DNA of 64,000 nucleotides, taken from positions 77,542 through 141,541 of the forward strand of contig JBAXBS010000003.1 in the NCBI GenBank assembly GCA_037141925.1. The letters are read 5' to 3'. Position 1 is the first letter of the stretch, and every line of letters starts with the position of its first letter. The translations under genes and the position numbers were made by a program. This stretch comes from Chitinophagaceae bacterium (lineage in GTDB: Bacteria; Bacteroidota; Bacteroidia; Chitinophagales; Chitinophagaceae). This document shows positions 30,547-41,293 of this stretch, piece after piece. The notes below the pieces were generated by a model. The model had not been told where the DNA came from. It saw only the letters and a program-made list of their open reading frames with translations, and did no database searches.

Positions 30547-32352
30547 ATGGAAAAAGCCGTTTTCAAACAAATACAATCTAGCATCCCGCAGGAACCCGGC
30601 ATTTATCAATATTATGATGAAAAGGGTAAGCTTTTGTATGTAGGTAAGGCAAAGAATTTGAGGAAAAGAGTGAGTTCCTACTTTTTCGCCAAGCAACATA
30701 GCCTCAAAACCATTGAGTTAGTTCAAAAAATTAAAGATATTCAATTTACGATAGTGAATTCGGAACATGACGCCTTTATGTTGGAAAACGAGCTCATTAA
30801 AAATTATCAACCCAAATACAATATCAATTTAAAGGACGATAAAACCTACCCTTATATTGTTATTAAAAATGAACCCTTTCCTCGGGTATTTTTAACACGT
30901 CGTAAAATTAAAGATGGGTCTACTTATATTGGCCCCTTTACGCATGTATTGGCAGTAAGAGAACTCATTAGTCATATTAAGCAAACCATTCCTTTACGCA
31001 ATTGCACTTTGCCTTTAACTCCTAAAAATATTGCACAAGGAAAATTTAAAGTTTGTTTAGAATATCATTTGGGAAATTGCTTAGGCCCTTGCCAAAACTT
31101 TCAAAGCCTTGATAACTATAATGAATCTATTGAGCAGGTTCAACATCTATTAAAGGGAAATATTAAACCAGTCGTGCAACATTTGAAGCAAAAAATGCAA
31201 GACGAATCGACTGCTTTGGCTTTTGAAAAAGCGGCTTTGACCAAAAAGAAAATAGAAGAATTAGCTCATTTTGAAAGCAAGTCGGTGGTTTTTACCAAAC
31301 AACAGCACCCCATGGATGTTTTTAGTATTGCCATGGAGCAGGATCAAGCCTATGTAAGCTACTTGATGATTAGAGAAGGTAAAATAATTCAAACACATAT
31401 TTTACCCTTAACCGTTCCATTAGAAGAAACCAAAGAAACCATATTATCATTTGCAATTCATTACTTTAGAAGTAATATGGGATTGGATGCCAATGAAATC
31501 ATTTTGCCTTTTGAAATAGAAGATAAGGAAAATAATATCAAATACACTTTACCGCAATTAGGGGACAAAGAACAATTATTAGCCTTATCACAAAAAAATG
31601 CAGACTACGCTTTAAAGGAATGGAAGCATAAGCAACAATTATTATTAGTGAGTGAAACGCAAAACGAAGTGTTACTTGAATTGCAAAAAGTATTACACCT
31701 CCATCAAGTGCCTACACATATTGAATGTTTTGACAACTCTAATATTCAAGGGGCCTACCCTGTCTCTGCCATGGTGTGTTTTAGAAATGGACTTCCTAGT
31801 AAATCTGATTACAGGAAATTCAACATTAAGTCGGTGGTTGGGATCAATGACTTTGCGAGTATGAAGGAATCGGTTTACCGACGTTATGCTTCAGTATTAG
31901 ATAAAAAATTAGCCCTTCCCCAATTAATTATTATTGATGGAGGAAAAGGGCAATTAAGCTCTGCGCTTGAAGCCATTACCGAATTAGGTATTCAAGACAA
32001 AGTCACCATGGTGGGATTGGCTAAAAATTTAGAAGAACTATTTTTCGTGAATGATTCCAACTCCATTCAATTGCAATGGAATAGTGAAGCGCATAGATTA
32101 ATACGTAATATTAGGGATGAAGTACACCGTTTTGGAATTCAATTTCACAGAAGCAAAAGATCCAAGGGTGCCCTTGAAACGGGGCTTGATAACATTAAAG
32201 GCATTGGGCCTCAGACCAAAGAGATGCTATTACTTTATTTTAAATCGGTGAGCAAAATAAAAGCAGCCAGCCCGTCTTTATTAACTGAAATTATAGGCGC
32301 TAAAAAAGCGGCTATTTTAGTAGCCGCTTTTAATAACGTAGAAGAACAATAG
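30547..32352 (+). CDS. uvrC: Excinuclease ABC subunit C
   Basis: GIY-YIG (PGIY..YVGKAKNLRKR), ECFDNS, IDGGKGQ, RDEVHRF, HhH; ATG 30547 preferred. Confidence 0.97.
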   Translation: MEKAVFKQIQSSIPQEPGIYQYYDEKGKLLYVGKAKNLRKRVSSYFFAKQHSLKTIELVQKIKDIQFTIVNSEHDAFMLENELIKNYQPKYNINLKDDKTYPYIVIKNEPFPRVFLTRRKIKDGSTYIGPFTHVLAVRELISHIKQTIPLRNCTLPLTPKNIAQGKFKVCLEYHLGNCLGPCQNFQSLDNYNESIEQVQHLLKGNIKPVVQHLKQKMQDESTALAFEKAALTKKKIEELAHFESKSVVFTKQQHPMDVFSIAMEQDQAYVSYLMIREGKIIQTHILPLTVPLEETKETILSFAIHYFRSNMGLDANEIILPFEIEDKENNIKYTLPQLGDKEQLLALSQKNADYALKEWKHKQQLLLVSETQNEVLLELQKVLHLHQVPTHIECFDNSNIQGAYPVSAMVCFRNGLPSKSDYRKFNIKSVVGINDFASMKESVYRRYASVLDKKLALPQLIIIDGGKGQLSSALEAITELGIQDKVTMVGLAKNLEELFFVNDSNSIQLQWNSEAHRLIRNIRDEVHRFGIQFHRSKRSKGALETGLDNIKGIGPQTKEMLLLYFKSVSKIKAASPSLLTEIIGAKKAAILVAAFNNVEEQ

Positions 32353-32353
32353 G

Positions 32354-33412
32354 TTAATACACCCATCTATCTTGTTCGTAATCAAATATTTTTTGTCTAA
32401 TTTTTTCTCCTTCTTGTAATCTTCTAATAGGATCCTTATAAATCGCATTTAATAGTTTATCATTGAAATTGTCAATGCTTGATTTTACGATATAGCTATT
32501 AAAGTACCTGCTTTCGAATAATTCTTCCCAAGTAATTCTACTAGAAATATTTTTAGGATTATATACTTCCGCCTTAGCCAACGTGGTTCTTAATTCAGGA
32601 TAATACAACCAAAATAAAGTACGTTTAGTGGGCTTATTATTAATCACTAAAGTAGCCACCGGTGCAATACCAATAATACGGCAATACATACGGCTGGTTT
32701 TTTTATCAAAAATCCATTGTTCCTTTAAACGGAATGTATAAATAGAATCTGGATTAGGAGCTAACTTAGTATTATAAATAATGCTGGTATCGTAAATATT
32801 AGGATTGTCTACGTTTTGCACTAACTGAGTATCCAAGCTTCCTTTTAACATAGAAGATACTTCATCACTTGAAATAGGTTGTGTGAAACGATCATCTCCT
32901 CCTGCAGCTGAAAAAGGAACGACTTCTTGCTTGTCAATGGCTCTTAATAAAAGTGCGAAAAAACGTTGATCTCCATTATCATCATAAGCTTGATAAGTGA
33001 ATGGACGATTTAATTTTTCACGACCATCTATTTCTTCCCATAAAAACTCACTAAATAAGGCATCTTCTTCTCTTAAATTTTCATAAGGCAAAGGTATTTT
33101 TTCTTGCACTCCTTTACGCTTACTGTTTTCGGAAAAGAAAGCATAGTTATTTCGTTGAGGCTTTTGTTTTTTATCATTAAAACCTCCCACTAAAGTAGTA
33201 TCATAGGTTTTCACCGATTTTGCATTCGGATTTACCACCACTGGGGCTGTAGGCGTGACAGCAGCAGGTGTATTATCCGTTTTTGGTGCCACAGAATCCT
33301 TGGCAGCAGTCGCAGGTTTTTTCTTTGCAGCATAATTAAATTGTGCTTGCGCTAAATTTACCCACATCATACTTGCGAATGCAAGTCCAAAATAAAGTTG
33401 ATACTTTTTCAT
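32354..33412 (-). CDS. gldN: Gliding motility/T9SS ring protein GldN (PorN)
   Basis: Signal peptide; LKEQWIFDK, RIIGIAP, LFWLYYP, RYFNSYIVK motifs; operon position. Confidence 0.93.
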   Translation of the reverse strand: MKKYQLYFGLAFASMMWVNLAQAQFNYAAKKKPATAAKDSVAPKTDNTPAAVTPTAPVVVNPNAKSVKTYDTTLVGGFNDKKQKPQRNNYAFFSENSKRKGVQEKIPLPYENLREEDALFSEFLWEEIDGREKLNRPFTYQAYDDNGDQRFFALLLRAIDKQEVVPFSAAGGDDRFTQPISSDEVSSMLKGSLDTQLVQNVDNPNIYDTSIIYNTKLAPNPDSIYTFRLKEQWIFDKKTSRMYCRIIGIAPVATLVINNKPTKRTLFWLYYPELRTTLAKAEVYNPKNISSRITWEELFESRYFNSYIVKSSIDNFNDKLLNAIYKDPIRRLQEGEKIRQKIFDYEQDRWVY

Positions 33413-33449
33413 CTTTTTTATTTTTTAAACCCCTCTTACGCTTTCAAAA

Positions 33450-35000
33450 TTATTGAAGAATAAAAGTGATTGTTTGATCTAACTTACGCGTACCGCCACC
33501 TGGTTCAGTGACTTTAATTTCACCAATTGTAACAGTACTGCCTGGCTGACATCTTCTTAATAAAGCAGAAGCACCACCAGAAAATGCATTTCCAACTACT
33601 TCCGCAAATTCAGGTTCGTCAAACCCTTTACCTGTTGCAATTACTATAAACGAGGTTACATTAAATTTAATTCCGTCAAAAACGAAGTCTCTTAAATCGG
33701 CAATCACCCCTTTTTGAACTCTGAATACATTCGCTGACATATTTCCACCTGCACTACCGCCCACGATCGCTAATGGATCTGGAACACGCTTTACAGGGAT
33801 CGTTATTTTTTGATTTTGTTTACCATCATTCACATTGATAGTGACTGAACCCAATTGAGTACAATTCACAATGTATTGACCAGGGCCTGCTTTTTTAATG
33901 CTTGCAGTAGTTCCTTCCACTGTTGCATTTACTTTTTCGGCACCACCGCCCCCTGTAATACTTAATGGATTATCTAAACCTTTATAAAATACTCTCGTTT
34001 TATCGGTAGATACGACTAATCCTGTAGGAGTTCCAACTGTATATTTTACAATTTTTTCAACTACTGCGGTTTCTCCACTTGGTTTCAAAAATGAAATACG
34101 AACACGTTTTGAATTTTCACCAGGAGTGGATGCAGTCGTTTTGTAAACAGCAGAACCATCCGCAGTGATTGGAACCACCGCTCCATCAATAGATATAGTT
34201 GGCTTTGCTGCACTACTAAAGGCACCTACGCCTGCTGTGATAATTAACTCTTCCCCAGACATTAAGTATTGAGAGTTGGTAGCAGCAAAGGCATTGAATT
34301 GATCGTATATTAATTCTACTTCACCAATTTGACGATGACAATATTCCACCACTTGTGATTCACTATTGCGAATATCATTTTGAAACTTAGTCAAAATAGT
34401 AATAGACGCGATTGTTGGAGTCATGTGGAAATAAGAGAATGCCCAGTCCTGATTGATATTTTTACTATTTGAAGTAGGTATGCTTAAATCCAGAGGTAAA
34501 TTAGGTAACACTTCCTTTTCAATAGAAGGATCAATACCTCCTAATTCTTTTTTGAATGAAGTCAATCTTTCCAATAAATCCTGTCCTTTTGATTTTCCAG
34601 AAGCTCCTGGCTTAGTGAATAAACGAGTAGAAGCTTCTAAATCATCTTCATTAAAAACTTCTTTTCCATTTTCATTTTTTAATCTAGACTCTACTTTTAA
34701 TTCATGTTTCAAAGATTCTACATAAGTATATAAAGCATCTGCCATAGCATGTGCCTTATCTGCTTTAGGTGCCCAGATTGCTGCTTTTTCTGCAGTCTTA
34801 GGATCCGCTAATTTTTTTTGTAAAGACTTAAGAATATCATCATTTTTTCTTTGAATAATACCATTGGCATTCATCAAACTTTGATCTATCGTCTTAAACG
34901 CATTTAAAATTTCGCTGGATACATTTAATGCCAAAAGCGCTGTCAACACCAAGTACATGATGTTGATCATTTTCTGCCTAGGCTCTTTAGGTAACGACAT
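33450..35000 (-). CDS. gldM: Gliding motility/T9SS motor rotor GldM (PorM)
   Basis: PRQKMINIMYLVLTALLALNVS. Confidence 0.96.
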   Translation of the reverse strand: MSLPKEPRQKMINIMYLVLTALLALNVSSEILNAFKTIDQSLMNANGIIQRKNDDILKSLQKKLADPKTAEKAAIWAPKADKAHAMADALYTYVESLKHELKVESRLKNENGKEVFNEDDLEASTRLFTKPGASGKSKGQDLLERLTSFKKELGGIDPSIEKEVLPNLPLDLSIPTSNSKNINQDWAFSYFHMTPTIASITILTKFQNDIRNSESQVVEYCHRQIGEVELIYDQFNAFAATNSQYLMSGEELIITAGVGAFSSAAKPTISIDGAVVPITADGSAVYKTTASTPGENSKRVRISFLKPSGETAVVEKIVKYTVGTPTGLVVSTDKTRVFYKGLDNPLSITGGGGAEKVNATVEGTTASIKKAGPGQYIVNCTQLGSVTINVNDGKQNQKITIPVKRVPDPLAIVGGSAGGNMSANVFRVQKGVIADLRDFVFDGIKFNVTSFIVIATGKGFDEPEFAEVVGNAFSGGASALLRRCQPGSTVTIGEIKVTEPGGGTRKLDQTITFILQ

Positions 35001-35038
35001 GTATACTAATTTTTTTTAGTGGATGAAATTTTAAAATA

Positions 35039-35725
35039 TTATGCGCGGCCTTGCATTGCAGAAATCATGTTGCCATAAATCTGATTCAACTTAGTTAAGT
35101 TATCAGCCAATAACCCAATTTGCTCTTTGGCTCTCACTGCATCTTGTGCTGAACTTGACATAGCAGAAGAAGCCTCGGTTAATTTACTATAATATTGATT
35201 CATTGCTTCCATAGATTTGCTCATCATTTGAAATTGAGCATCTAATCCTTTGACAGATTCTGTTGCAGTTGAAAAGCTTCCTAAATTAGAAGCAACGCCG
35301 CTCACTGCATCTTTAATAGTACCTAAAGAAGCTGCTGCTGCAGCAGTATTGGTAGAAAAATCTTTACTTGCTTTAGACATATCAGCTAAATCACCTAAGT
35401 ACATAGCAGTGTCATTTAAACGTTGGAAGCTATTGCTTAATTTATCAAAAGCAGCTTGATCAATTTTTGCAGCTTCTAATTTAGCGATCACCACATCTGT
35501 GATGCCATTACTAGAATCAGAAGATACACCTCCAATTTCTGGGGGAGGTAAAAAAGCGTAAATCACGAAAATTAATGCTTCGGTAGATAATCCCACAATC
35601 AAAGCGTAATCCGCCCATGATAAGTGAATAATTTTGGCAAGAGCACCAATAATAACTACGGCAGCTCCTAGTGAAATAACTACGTTAACAATTTTGTTGG
35701 TTCTAGGTGAAATCGAATTTGACAT
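35039..35725 (-). CDS. gldL: Gliding motility/T9SS motor stator GldL (PorL)
   Basis: GAAVVIIGALAKIIH, GLSTEA (Glu49), LNQIYGNMISAM C-terminus. Confidence 0.96.
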   Translation of the reverse strand: MSNSISPRTNKIVNVVISLGAAVVIIGALAKIIHLSWADYALIVGLSTEALIFVIYAFLPPPEIGGVSSDSSNGITDVVIAKLEAAKIDQAAFDKLSNSFQRLNDTAMYLGDLADMSKASKDFSTNTAAAAASLGTIKDAVSGVASNLGSFSTATESVKGLDAQFQMMSKSMEAMNQYYSKLTEASSAMSSSAQDAVRAKEQIGLLADNLTKLNQIYGNMISAMQGRA

Positions 35726-35819
35726 TATTCTGTTTTGTAGGTTTAAAAATGAGTATTTTAAAAAATGTTTTCTAAAGTGTTGAACGAATTGAACTAGATG
35801 AATGAATTATTTTTGGGTA

Positions 35820-37097
35820 TTATCTAGTCTTGGGTGTCATTGAAAGTGCACATCTAAATCCAATATAAGATTTTGCAGTGTCTTGATATTCATAATTGCG
35901 CGTACTTACTTGACAATTGTATGCAATATCTTTCCAAGAGCCCCCACGAATCACTTTACGCTTCATAGAAACTGGATCGCTATCTTTTGCATTAAATTGT
36001 AAATCGGGACTCATGTCACCAATGAAGTTATATCCGCCTTCATAAAATACGGAACTGGTCCATTCTGCAACATTACCCGCCATATCAGCAAGTCCATATC
36101 CATTCAATGGATAGCTTTCCACTTTCATGGTATAAATATTATCCTTGCTTGGATTACCCCCAAAATAATCGCCGCGACCAGGTTTGAAATTAGCTAATAA
36201 CCAACCTTGTTTCGTGCGTGTATTCGGGCTACCCCAAGGATACATAGTGTTCGTTTGCAAACCACCTCTTGCAGCATATTCCCATTCAGCTTCTGTTGGT
36301 AATCTGTAAATTCCATCAATTTTTAAATCTGCACGACCTGGACGGCCTGCAAAGTAATCGCTGTTATTCGTTCTCCAACGACAAAATGCTGTGGCTTGCT
36401 TCCAAGTAATTCCCACAACAGGATAATCGTTATATGAGCGATGGGAAAAATACAATCTAGTTTGAGGCTCATTGTAGGAATAAGAATAATCACGCATCCA
36501 CACTAAACTATCTGGATAGATAGGTTGATTTTCAGTTACTACATATTTTCCAATGGCTTGTTCCAATCCTTTAGAGGCACGAGCTGCCGCTTTTAAATCC
36601 ACATAAATACTTTTGTAAATTAATTTATTAGGATCAATTTCAATTCTTCCTTGAATACGATTATCAGGGGATAATAATAGTTCATTTAATTTTTCAATCA
36701 CTGCTTTACTGCCATAATTGATACGTCTCACTTTAGCCCAATCCACTTTAATCATGGTATCTTCTGATTGATTAATACCGCCTGCATAGAGTGCCAAATA
36801 ACATAAAGAATCACGAACATAATTCACAAAACGACGATATTGTTCATTGGTAATTTCGGTACGATCCATCCAAAATGCAGGTACAGAAACTAATTTTTTT
36901 CGATTGATCATAGCCATATCAACTTCCTCATCGCTAGCTCCTAAATAAAAAGCGCCTCCTTTAATTGAAACCATATTGGGGTCAGGTCGCCAAACCGCTT
37001 TTTTGGGTTTTTTGGCTTGAATAAATACGCAAGCGATGAATACTGTTAACAGTAAAAACGGAAACTTATATCTTGCTATTTTAAAATTTTTTATCAT
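35820..37097 (-). CDS. gldK: Gliding motility/T9SS ring protein GldK (PorK), FGE-sulfatase fold
   Basis: RLPTEAEWEYAARGG, ANFKPGRGDY, MAGNVAEW, RGGSWKD, YIGFRC; first gene of gldKLMN. Confidence 0.92.
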   Translation of the reverse strand: MIKNFKIARYKFPFLLLTVFIACVFIQAKKPKKAVWRPDPNMVSIKGGAFYLGASDEEVDMAMINRKKLVSVPAFWMDRTEITNEQYRRFVNYVRDSLCYLALYAGGINQSEDTMIKVDWAKVRRINYGSKAVIEKLNELLLSPDNRIQGRIEIDPNKLIYKSIYVDLKAAARASKGLEQAIGKYVVTENQPIYPDSLVWMRDYSYSYNEPQTRLYFSHRSYNDYPVVGITWKQATAFCRWRTNNSDYFAGRPGRADLKIDGIYRLPTEAEWEYAARGGLQTNTMYPWGSPNTRTKQGWLLANFKPGRGDYFGGNPSKDNIYTMKVESYPLNGYGLADMAGNVAEWTSSVFYEGGYNFIGDMSPDLQFNAKDSDPVSMKRKVIRGGSWKDIAYNCQVSTRNYEYQDTAKSYIGFRCALSMTPKTR

Positions 37098-37247
37098 AGT
37101 CGAATTTTAACCCCTTCTAAAAATGAATAAATCGCGTTATTTTAAGCCTTTAAATTACATAATAAAATTAAAAAAATACCTCATTTCAGTGTTGAAATGT
37201 TTGATATTCAGCAACTTTATACGAAATGCAAATTAATACTTTAGTTG

Positions 37248-39338
37248 TTAGATTAATGCTAAAATATCAGACAATTGGCTGACAGGCGCTAAACAGGTAT
37301 TATTAAAACATATATAATATTGATTATCAATACTATACCTTCCTTTTGTACTTAAAATAGTAGCATCCTCTAGTGGCGTCAGAATAACCCATTTAAAAGG
37401 TAAAAACGGGGCTAAAATCTGTTTTCGAAGTTCCGAACTATGAGGGCCTACCCCTACTAACTCCTTTTTTCCCATGGCCATAAGTGCGAAACTTTGCCCC
37501 CAAAAAGAAAAGGAGCTAGGGTATTGTAGGAGCATTTTACGCATCATTCGCATCATTTTTTCTGCCTGGGCAGTCCATGTAGTATTTAGAAAAATGGTTC
37601 CTAAGGCATTCAAATTCCAACACATCATCGAATTTCCACTAGGCTGTGCCCCATCATAGGTTTCTTTTTTTCTGACAATAATATCAGTTTGGTATTGAGG
37701 TGTGTAATAAAAAAAAGTGTCTTGTTCATCTATGAAATTTTCAAGCACATACTCCGTCCACTTTTTTGCTTTATGTAAATAGGAAAGATCTCCTGTGATT
37801 TCTTGTACATCCAAATACGCTTTAATCAAACTTGCATAGTCATCTAAAAAAGCAAAAGTTTTTTTAATGCCATTCGTATTGGTGTGAAATAAATGAGTTG
37901 CTGTGTCGTCTATAAAATTAAGTTCCACCCAATTCATATTTTCAACCGCTCTATTTTTATATTCTTCCTTCCCCAATGCTGCATAGCATTTACAAAATGC
38001 AGAAATCATTAAATTATTCCAACTTAGTATAATCTTATGATCCAATGCAGGTCTAATTCTTAATGATCTTTGTGCCAATAAATTATGCTTAGCTTTTACA
38101 AAGTTTTCCGAAAACCCAATCTCTAAGGATTCTTGTGTCCATAAAATATTAGTATGTTCCCAATTACCTTCTGGCTGCACTTGATAGTATTTACAAAAAG
38201 AAGTAAACAATTCATCCGGGATTATTTTTTTAATTTCATCATAAGACCAAGTATAAAATTTACCTTCTACCCCCTCACTATCTGCATCTAGAGCAGCATA
38301 ATAAGCGCCTTCTCCATTAAAAAGTTCTCTTTGTAAAAAGACAATAGTATCATCAATCACTTTTCGATAAATTTCTTTTTTTGTGATTTGATAGGCTTCT
38401 GCTAACACTCCTAAAAGCAATGCATTATCGTACAACATTTTTTCAAAGTGAGGCGCTTGCCATTGTGTATCGGTGCTGTATCTTGAAAAGCCTCCCCCTA
38501 TATGATCATAAATACCGCCTTGAATCATTTTGTCAATGGATCGAATGGCATGCACCATACTCGCTTCATCCTCATGAATGGCATAATTGCGCAATAGCAT
38601 CTGCAAACAAAAGGTTTGGGGGAATTTGGGCGCATTTCCAAAACCACCCCACTGTGTATCTGCTGATTGTAGAATTCGTTGTGCCATCAAAGCCACTTCT
38701 TCCTTGGTAGCAAGCACTTCATTCATAGCGGCTAGATCCGATGAATCACTAGAAGTAGCTGTTGTTGTCTGTATTTTACTCGCCACAATATTGGTATTCA
38801 CAATATGTTGTGTCAGCTGATTGGCTTGTTCTTGTAATTTTTCTAAGTTATTTTCAAAAGCCTCTTTGACTCCTTTTAACACTTCCATCCAAGATGCTCT
38901 TTGAGGCATTTTGATAGGCGGAAAATAAGTGCCCCCATAAAATGGTTTTCCATCGGGCAATAAAAAAATATTTAAAGGCCAGCCGCCAGAGCCAGTCATG
39001 GCTTGCAATGCATCCATGTAGATATGATCTACATCGGGACGCTCTTCTCTATCCACTTTTACATTTATAAAATGAGCATTCATATAATCGCCCACTTCCT
39101 GTTGTTCAAAACTTTCTCGTTCCATCACATGACACCAATGACAAGCAGCATACCCTATGCTTAATAAAATAGGCTTATTGTGTTGTTGGGATAATATAAA
39201 AATTTCTGGAGACCAAGCCTGCCAATGCACTGGATTATGCGCATGCTGTAATAAATAGGGACTGGTTTCTTTGCTTAAATTATTCAATAACTTTGGCAAG
39301 TTGGAGTGGGGTGAAGAAGGAGATAAATTGGAAGACAT
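37248..39338 (-). CDS. Thioredoxin-domain/six-hairpin glycosidase-like protein (YyaL/SSP411 family)
   Basis: [41 protein letters not shown]. Confidence 0.93.
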   Translation of the reverse strand: MSSNLSPSSPHSNLPKLLNNLSKETSPYLLQHAHNPVHWQAWSPEIFILSQQHNKPILLSIGYAACHWCHVMERESFEQQEVGDYMNAHFINVKVDREERPDVDHIYMDALQAMTGSGGWPLNIFLLPDGKPFYGGTYFPPIKMPQRASWMEVLKGVKEAFENNLEKLQEQANQLTQHIVNTNIVASKIQTTTATSSDSSDLAAMNEVLATKEEVALMAQRILQSADTQWGGFGNAPKFPQTFCLQMLLRNYAIHEDEASMVHAIRSIDKMIQGGIYDHIGGGFSRYSTDTQWQAPHFEKMLYDNALLLGVLAEAYQITKKEIYRKVIDDTIVFLQRELFNGEGAYYAALDADSEGVEGKFYTWSYDEIKKIIPDELFTSFCKYYQVQPEGNWEHTNILWTQESLEIGFSENFVKAKHNLLAQRSLRIRPALDHKIILSWNNLMISAFCKCYAALGKEEYKNRAVENMNWVELNFIDDTATHLFHTNTNGIKKTFAFLDDYASLIKAYLDVQEITGDLSYLHKAKKWTEYVLENFIDEQDTFFYYTPQYQTDIIVRKKETYDGAQPSGNSMMCWNLNALGTIFLNTTWTAQAEKMMRMMRKMLLQYPSSFSFWGQSFALMAMGKKELVGVGPHSSELRKQILAPFLPFKWVILTPLEDATILSTKGRYSIDNQYYICFNNTCLAPVSQLSDILALI

Positions 39339-39373
39339 AGTAAATGGAGATGATTAAATGTGTTCAGTCCCAG

Positions 39374-40177
39374 TTACTTCTTCTTTGATTGTTGCGCTAA
39401 ATATTGATCCAAGCCTGAATACATACTTGAAATTTGTGGACTCGGCACTTTAATATGTAAACTCAAACCTGCTTCTTCAACTGCTTTGCAAGTATTGGAG
39501 CCAAAAGCACCAATGATCGTTCCATTTTGTTTGAATTTAGGTTGATTGTCATACAAACTTCGTAAACCACTAGGTGTAAATAAACAAATAATGTCAAAAG
39601 TATGCTCTTCTAATAAACTGGCAATATCACTACTCACCGAACGATACATATACGCTAATTCAAATTGACAACTATGATCTTTTAACCAATTGACAATTTC
39701 GTTATCCTGTTGATTTTCGCTACACACATATAAAAACTTCTCGTTCGCCTTGTGTTTATTTAAAACATCAAATAATTTTTTATTCGTTCCGTCTGATCCA
39801 AAAAACACTTTACGTTTACGATACATAATAAATTTTTGCAAATACAAAGCAACAGACTCGGTAATGCAAAAATATTTAGTGTCCTGACTGATATTAATTT
39901 TTAATTCATCACAGGTTCTGAAAAAATGATCAATAGCATTTTTGCTTGTAAAAATTACGCCCGTATATAAAGGGATATCAATTTTAGTTTTTCTGAATTC
40001 CTTAGAAGGAATTGCCACTAATTGTATGAGGGGTTGAAAAAATAAAGAGACCGGATATTTACGCTCCAAGTCAAAATAAGGCGACTTTTCGCTTTCTGGC
40101 TTAGCTTGTGAAATTAGAATTTTTTTAATGGTCTTTTTGGTAGTCGATTTTTTTACTCCACTCATTTCTTTTGCCAT
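39374..40177 (-). CDS. hemD: Uroporphyrinogen-III synthase-like protein
   Basis: ILISQAKP..KSPY, IFTSKNAIDHFF, YLQKFIMYRKRK (Bacteroidota HemD family). Confidence 0.85.
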   Translation of the reverse strand: MAKEMSGVKKSTTKKTIKKILISQAKPESEKSPYFDLERKYPVSLFFQPLIQLVAIPSKEFRKTKIDIPLYTGVIFTSKNAIDHFFRTCDELKINISQDTKYFCITESVALYLQKFIMYRKRKVFFGSDGTNKKLFDVLNKHKANEKFLYVCSENQQDNEIVNWLKDHSCQFELAYMYRSVSSDIASLLEEHTFDIICLFTPSGLRSLYDNQPKFKQNGTIIGAFGSNTCKAVEEAGLSLHIKVPSPQISSMYSGLDQYLAQQSKKK

Positions 40178-40197
40178 TTATCATTCACGTTTCGAGA

Positions 40198-41217
40198 TTA
40201 GTAAGTACCTCCAAAGTATTGTACAATAAATTTATACAACAAAGTTAGAGGCAATATTTCGAAAGCACAAAGGTATAGAAAAAAATGAAACGAGGAGATA
40301 TGTAATTTGTTTCGTACAGACGTTAAAGAAAATAGATATCGGTATAATAGGAGTAATACTGCCGCCACCCCTGCACCCATGATGGCATAGGGATAAAATA
40401 CAGGCTTAGCAAAAGCAAGTACTAAGACAAAAGGTACTAGTAAAACTCCTAATACTTTATTGATCATAAAAACTACGAAAATATAGGTACTTACCAATTC
40501 CTCAGTGTTAAAAATATAACCCGCAAATTTTAAACAAAGATATTTTCCTACATACAGTCCGATAAAAAATAAAATAATATAGAGAAAACCTTCCCAAAAA
40601 GATAAAGCGAGCAAGTGATTGTTGAAAATAAATAAAGTAGCTAATAAAGAAAAAGATAAAACGAAACAAAAATTAACAATAAGGGAACCTAAACTATTTT
40701 GCAAAAGCTGTTCCCTAAATTGGATCATTCTCAAAGAGGATTGACTAAACTGATTAAATAATTTAGGGAAATATTGTGGATAGACATTATTTACAAATCC
40801 ATATAAAAAAATTAAAATTACGATCGTATAAAATAATACATCTTTATTAGGTACCGAAAAACGTTGTTCAATTTTATACAATACTTGATTACTTCCTTGT
40901 TCCGCCAAATGATCCATATATAATTTAAAACCATTGGACTTTTGTGTAAAGTAAGTTTTATACTCTTTTAAAATAGGAAGCAAAGAATCTTTCAAATTTA
41001 AATCGCGCAAAGACTGTAAAAAAATGCCATCTCTTTCTTGAAAACTAGGGGGAAGAACAGGAACATATTTAATGAGTAGGGTGTCTTTTACAATTGTAGA
41101 GTCTATTAAAGTAATGGGAGTGTCGGTAGTTAATAATGGAGTCTGTTTTTTTTGAAAAGAGCTGAATAATATCCAGCAACCGAGTAGTAAAAATGTATAT
41201 TTTAAAAATGACTTCAT
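40198..41217 (-). CDS. DUF4271-family membrane protein
   Basis: Multi-TM protein ending FHFFLYLCAFEILP; TATTTTTG promoter at 41223-41230. Confidence 0.82.
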   Translation of the reverse strand: MKSFLKYTFLLLGCWILFSSFQKKQTPLLTTDTPITLIDSTIVKDTLLIKYVPVLPPSFQERDGIFLQSLRDLNLKDSLLPILKEYKTYFTQKSNGFKLYMDHLAEQGSNQVLYKIEQRFSVPNKDVLFYTIVILIFLYGFVNNVYPQYFPKLFNQFSQSSLRMIQFREQLLQNSLGSLIVNFCFVLSFSLLATLFIFNNHLLALSFWEGFLYIILFFIGLYVGKYLCLKFAGYIFNTEELVSTYIFVVFMINKVLGVLLVPFVLVLAFAKPVFYPYAIMGAGVAAVLLLLYRYLFSLTSVRNKLHISSFHFFLYLCAFEILPLTLLYKFIVQYFGGTY

Positions 41218-41293
41218 CCTTGCAAAAATAAGTATCCTGATGCAGAATTAGTAACTTATAACTAGCTTTGTCCAATACACTTATTACTTCGCT

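Noticed and set aside
35820-37097. Formylglycine-generating enzyme or DGR target (CLec fold)
   Set aside because: Operon context with gldL, gldM and gldN identifies it as GldK; no reverse transcriptase or template repeat was seen.
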